This document shows positions 23,143-25,701 of a stretch of 25,701 nt of DNA, one piece after another; positions within the stretch are counted from its first letter, which is position 1; each line of letters opens with the position of its first letter. A program made the translations under genes and the position numbers. Under the pieces are notes generated by a model. That model was not told the DNA's origin. It did no database searches and worked only from the letters and a program-made list of their open reading frames with translations. This DNA is from a virus (lineage: Duplodnaviria > Caudoviricetes): IMG/VR virus record IMGVR_UViG_3300007863_000017, positions 1 to 25,701 of that record; one strand, 5' to 3'.

Positions 23143-25002
23143 TTACCACTGATTAACGAAACTCTTTTGAGCTTGTTTTGCCGAAGCCGAACGCTTCGCC
23201 TGTTTCTTTTCCTCTGGTGATTTTTCCATCTGGTCCCATAGGGTTCTCCGATCCTTGATCTGGTACACGCGATTCAACGCTGCATATGCGTATACAAGTT
23301 CGTCTAACGCCTCGTTTCTTGCGCTGCTTTTCTTTACCCAGATTCGCTCAGGAAATCCATTCCTGAATCGAAGCACCTGCTTCTCAGCAGTTAATTCTTC
23401 AAAATAGTCATTGTCAACTGTTGGATAAAAATGCAAATACCCTGGGCCGACATCGTTGTGCTTCAATCTGCCGAACAGCAGTGACTTGATCGTGTCCGAT
23501 CCAACAGGGAAAACCTGAGCCCCTTTCTTGAGGGTTTTACCTTGCGCGTTTAGGTCTACCTTGCTCGCTTTACCGATAGGCGGCTTATTTTTGGTTGACA
23601 TACCCTTAATCGCAACGACACCTAAGCTCTGACGCTCTCTCGCATATTGATACACCTCGCTCGTGTGATGCCCTCCAGAGTCAATAGCTACAATCATTGG
23701 CTTTAAATCGCGCCCGTCTTCCGACTTGTAAGGCGTTTGCAAGATCTCGTCTAGTTGCTTCCACACCTCCTTGCGTGATGGATCACCGTAAATCTTTACC
23801 CTATCGATTAGCCATCCTTGCTCCTCACGGCCCCACCCCCAAACACTGAGCGAAAGCCGGTCATCCTGTGTGTCACAACCAACAGTCAGCAAAAGAGCCT
23901 CCGCAGGCAGCACGCCCTGCTTGTACTTCTCATCAGCTGAACGCTCGCTGAGAGCGTCTGCGCCCACCTTGGACGCATATTCGTCCTCCCACGTCTCGCC
24001 CAAGACAGTGTTGCAAAATGTCTTTAGCTGCTCCGCGTCGTTTTTTGAATCAAGAAACTCTTCGACCAGAGTTGACCAGCTTGCGTTTGGGCTGTAGCTG
24101 TACGCCGCCCAAATGTGGAACGAAACATGTTTACCATTACCAGGCGCGGTGGGCCGCCACTCGCCGCGTTCAACCATCCAACGTTTCTTTGCTGCTGGGA
24201 TCCATACGCCACAGCTCTCGCAGCAGTAACTAGCGGTGTCAGGGTCGTTGTCGTGCCACTTCATGTTTGGCCATTTCAGATATTGCATATGGCCACAATC
24301 TGGGCAAGGCAGGAAATAACGCCTTTGGTCGCCCTGCAGAAACATTCGCTCAATACGGCTGAAGTCTTTAACCGTTGGCGTTGACCCCGCCACGATTTTT
24401 CTGTTCCAGTAGTACTCAGTACGCCTAATCCCAAGCTTAATCTGGTCTCCCTCGGTGCCAGCTGAAGGCGGATAACCATCAACCTCATCAAATAGCACCA
24501 CTCGCCTGCTGACCCGCCTGAAGCCACGCGGACTGTTAGCACCCACCAGACTCAGGCTCCCCCCTGGGAACTGCTTCTGCAGGATCGTGTTAGCTCCGTC
24601 TTTTGATTTGGCCTCGCTCACTACACCTTTAAGGCAAGGCGTGTCACGCAACATTGGCGCGATCTCTTCCTTGGAATAGCCCTGTGCATCCTCAATCGTG
24701 GGCTGCACAATCATGATCGGGCATGGATCCTGGTGAATATGAAAGGCCGCGACGTGATTAAGAATTTTGCTGTACCCGACACGGGCACTTTTCATCACAC
24801 TGATCTGCTCGATCTTCGGATTAGTGATTGCATCCATTATTCCCTTCTGATAAGGCAGGGTGTGCCATCTTCCGCCTTCTGCGCTTGATTCTGCGCTTAA
24901 GTAGGCATAAGAGTCCGCCCACTCGCTTAGAGTCATCTTCTTTGGCGGTTTAAACGCTAAAGCGGCTGATTTTCTTAGCTTTTTTACGTTATTCGCTGTC
25001 AA
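23143..25002 (-). CDS. terL: Terminase large subunit, lambda gpA family (619 aa)
   Basis: Walker A KSARVGYS, Walker B VLFDEVD, GSTPT, CPDC/CESC zinc motif, nuclease motifs GCDTQD, IDSGG, RNEALD. Confidence 0.97.
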   Translation of the reverse strand: MTANNVKKLRKSAALAFKPPKKMTLSEWADSYAYLSAESSAEGGRWHTLPYQKGIMDAITNPKIEQISVMKSARVGYSKILNHVAAFHIHQDPCPIMIVQPTIEDAQGYSKEEIAPMLRDTPCLKGVVSEAKSKDGANTILQKQFPGGSLSLVGANSPRGFRRVSRRVVLFDEVDGYPPSAGTEGDQIKLGIRRTEYYWNRKIVAGSTPTVKDFSRIERMFLQGDQRRYFLPCPDCGHMQYLKWPNMKWHDNDPDTASYCCESCGVWIPAAKKRWMVERGEWRPTAPGNGKHVSFHIWAAYSYSPNASWSTLVEEFLDSKNDAEQLKTFCNTVLGETWEDEYASKVGADALSERSADEKYKQGVLPAEALLLTVGCDTQDDRLSLSVWGWGREEQGWLIDRVKIYGDPSRKEVWKQLDEILQTPYKSEDGRDLKPMIVAIDSGGHHTSEVYQYARERQSLGVVAIKGMSTKNKPPIGKASKVDLNAQGKTLKKGAQVFPVGSDTIKSLLFGRLKHNDVGPGYLHFYPTVDNDYFEELTAEKQVLRFRNGFPERIWVKKSSARNEALDELVYAYAALNRVYQIKDRRTLWDQMEKSPEEKKQAKRSASAKQAQKSFVNQW

Positions 25003-25546
25003 CAGCTAAATCTTCTAAGGCTTCGCGCACAATATCATCTAAAACGCCAATAGCATCTGTATCTAAGTCTGGTATCCGCTGTTTAGCTTTAGTCGGTATC
25101 CCTAATAGCTTTGTTCTTGCACGAGTGATGATCTCCGACCATTCAAGTTCGATGTCTTCTGCTTTGACTAGCAGCCCTTCTTTCTGCTGTCGATCAAGCT
25201 CAAGCAGTTCTGCCTTGAGATGCTCGGTACGCGCACGAGATTCGTCGTACTCAGGAATCGACTCATGGGTTTTGCTGATCCTTGGCTGTGCAACGTCAGG
25301 AGCCATCCTCTCTTCTCGGCTGCGTAAAGGCTTCTTCTCTTTGCCTGGCCCAGCAGGCTTGGGACCGATACCGATTCTTGTCTGCGTATTCTTATGCCAT
25401 TCCTCTCTCATTGTTTCACTATTGACTACTGGCTTGCCATATGCGTCTTTCTTGACTGATAATCTTCCGCTTTTTACTGCCGCGTATACAGCTTCGGGCG
25501 AGACCCCTAATGCGCGAGCGGCTTCGGATCTACTTATTAGAGCCAT
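24989..25546 (-). CDS. terS: Terminase small subunit (Nu1-like, N-terminal HTH; 185 aa)
   Basis: HTH SRSEAARALGVSPEAV; YDESRAR.E..KAEL.EL......G.LV; overlaps the terL start. Confidence 0.88.
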   Translation of the reverse strand: MALISRSEAARALGVSPEAVYAAVKSGRLSVKKDAYGKPVVNSETMREEWHKNTQTRIGIGPKPAGPGKEKKPLRSREERMAPDVAQPRISKTHESIPEYDESRARTEHLKAELLELDRQQKEGLLVKAEDIELEWSEIITRARTKLLGIPTKAKQRIPDLDTDAIGVLDDIVREALEDLAVDSE

Positions 25547-25701
25547 AATATGAATAGGTTAAGGGAAATATAGCGCAGAACAAAAAAGAATGCTAAAATG
25601 GCCCGTTTTGCTTTTTCGAGCCTTAGGCGAAGTGTGCCTTCAATTAGTCGAAACAACTTTTGGGGGCGGTGCCTAGGAAAATAACGGGCCTCGAAGTAAC
25701 C

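Noticed and set aside
23143-25002. Intein or intron in terminase
   Set aside because: Length (619 aa) and continuous motifs match an uninterrupted gpA-type protein.
5526-25546. Gene transfer agent or tailocin
   Set aside because: Complete head module with cos-type lambda terminase and a 924-aa tape measure, and no sheath, fits a genuine siphovirus; prophage versus free phage cannot be determined from this window.
2104-25553. All remaining plus-strand ORFs and short nested minus-strand ORFs (e.g. 4386-4685, 6418-6807, 18177-18632, 25125-25553)
   Set aside because: They overlap well-supported minus-strand structural genes and show no recognisable motifs.

Overview
The window is the virion morphogenesis region of a long-tailed (siphovirus-type) phage or prophage, encoded entirely on the minus strand. 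Read right to left: small and large terminase (lambda Nu1/gpA type), gpW-like adaptor, lambda-type portal, an 819-aa polyprotein (two accessory domains, HK97-type prohead protease, scaffold, major capsid), two small head genes, FII-like and U-like connectors, tail tube, a G/GT tail chaperone pair joined by a -1 frameshift site (G GGA AAC), tape measure, the lambda M-L-K-I-J tail-tip set, and a fibre cluster. The last fibre gene (1..2036, missing from the ORF track) carries about 30 copies of a 17-aa repeat and runs off the left edge. The fibre motifs resemble those of aquatic, possibly cyanobacterial, phages, but the host is inferred only. The most notable observations are: a possible plug-and-socket fibre chain (C-terminal GGxF followed by an N-terminal TIRxK(K)R domain); the same ~65-aa domain inserted in both gpM and gpL; the five-part head polyprotein with a possible internal start; and a TAnnnT hexamer 19-27 nt upstream of all seven genes that have an upstream spacer. 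No integrase, lysis, RNA gene, CRISPR array or reverse transcriptase was seen. All family calls come from motif recognition and gene order, with no database search.
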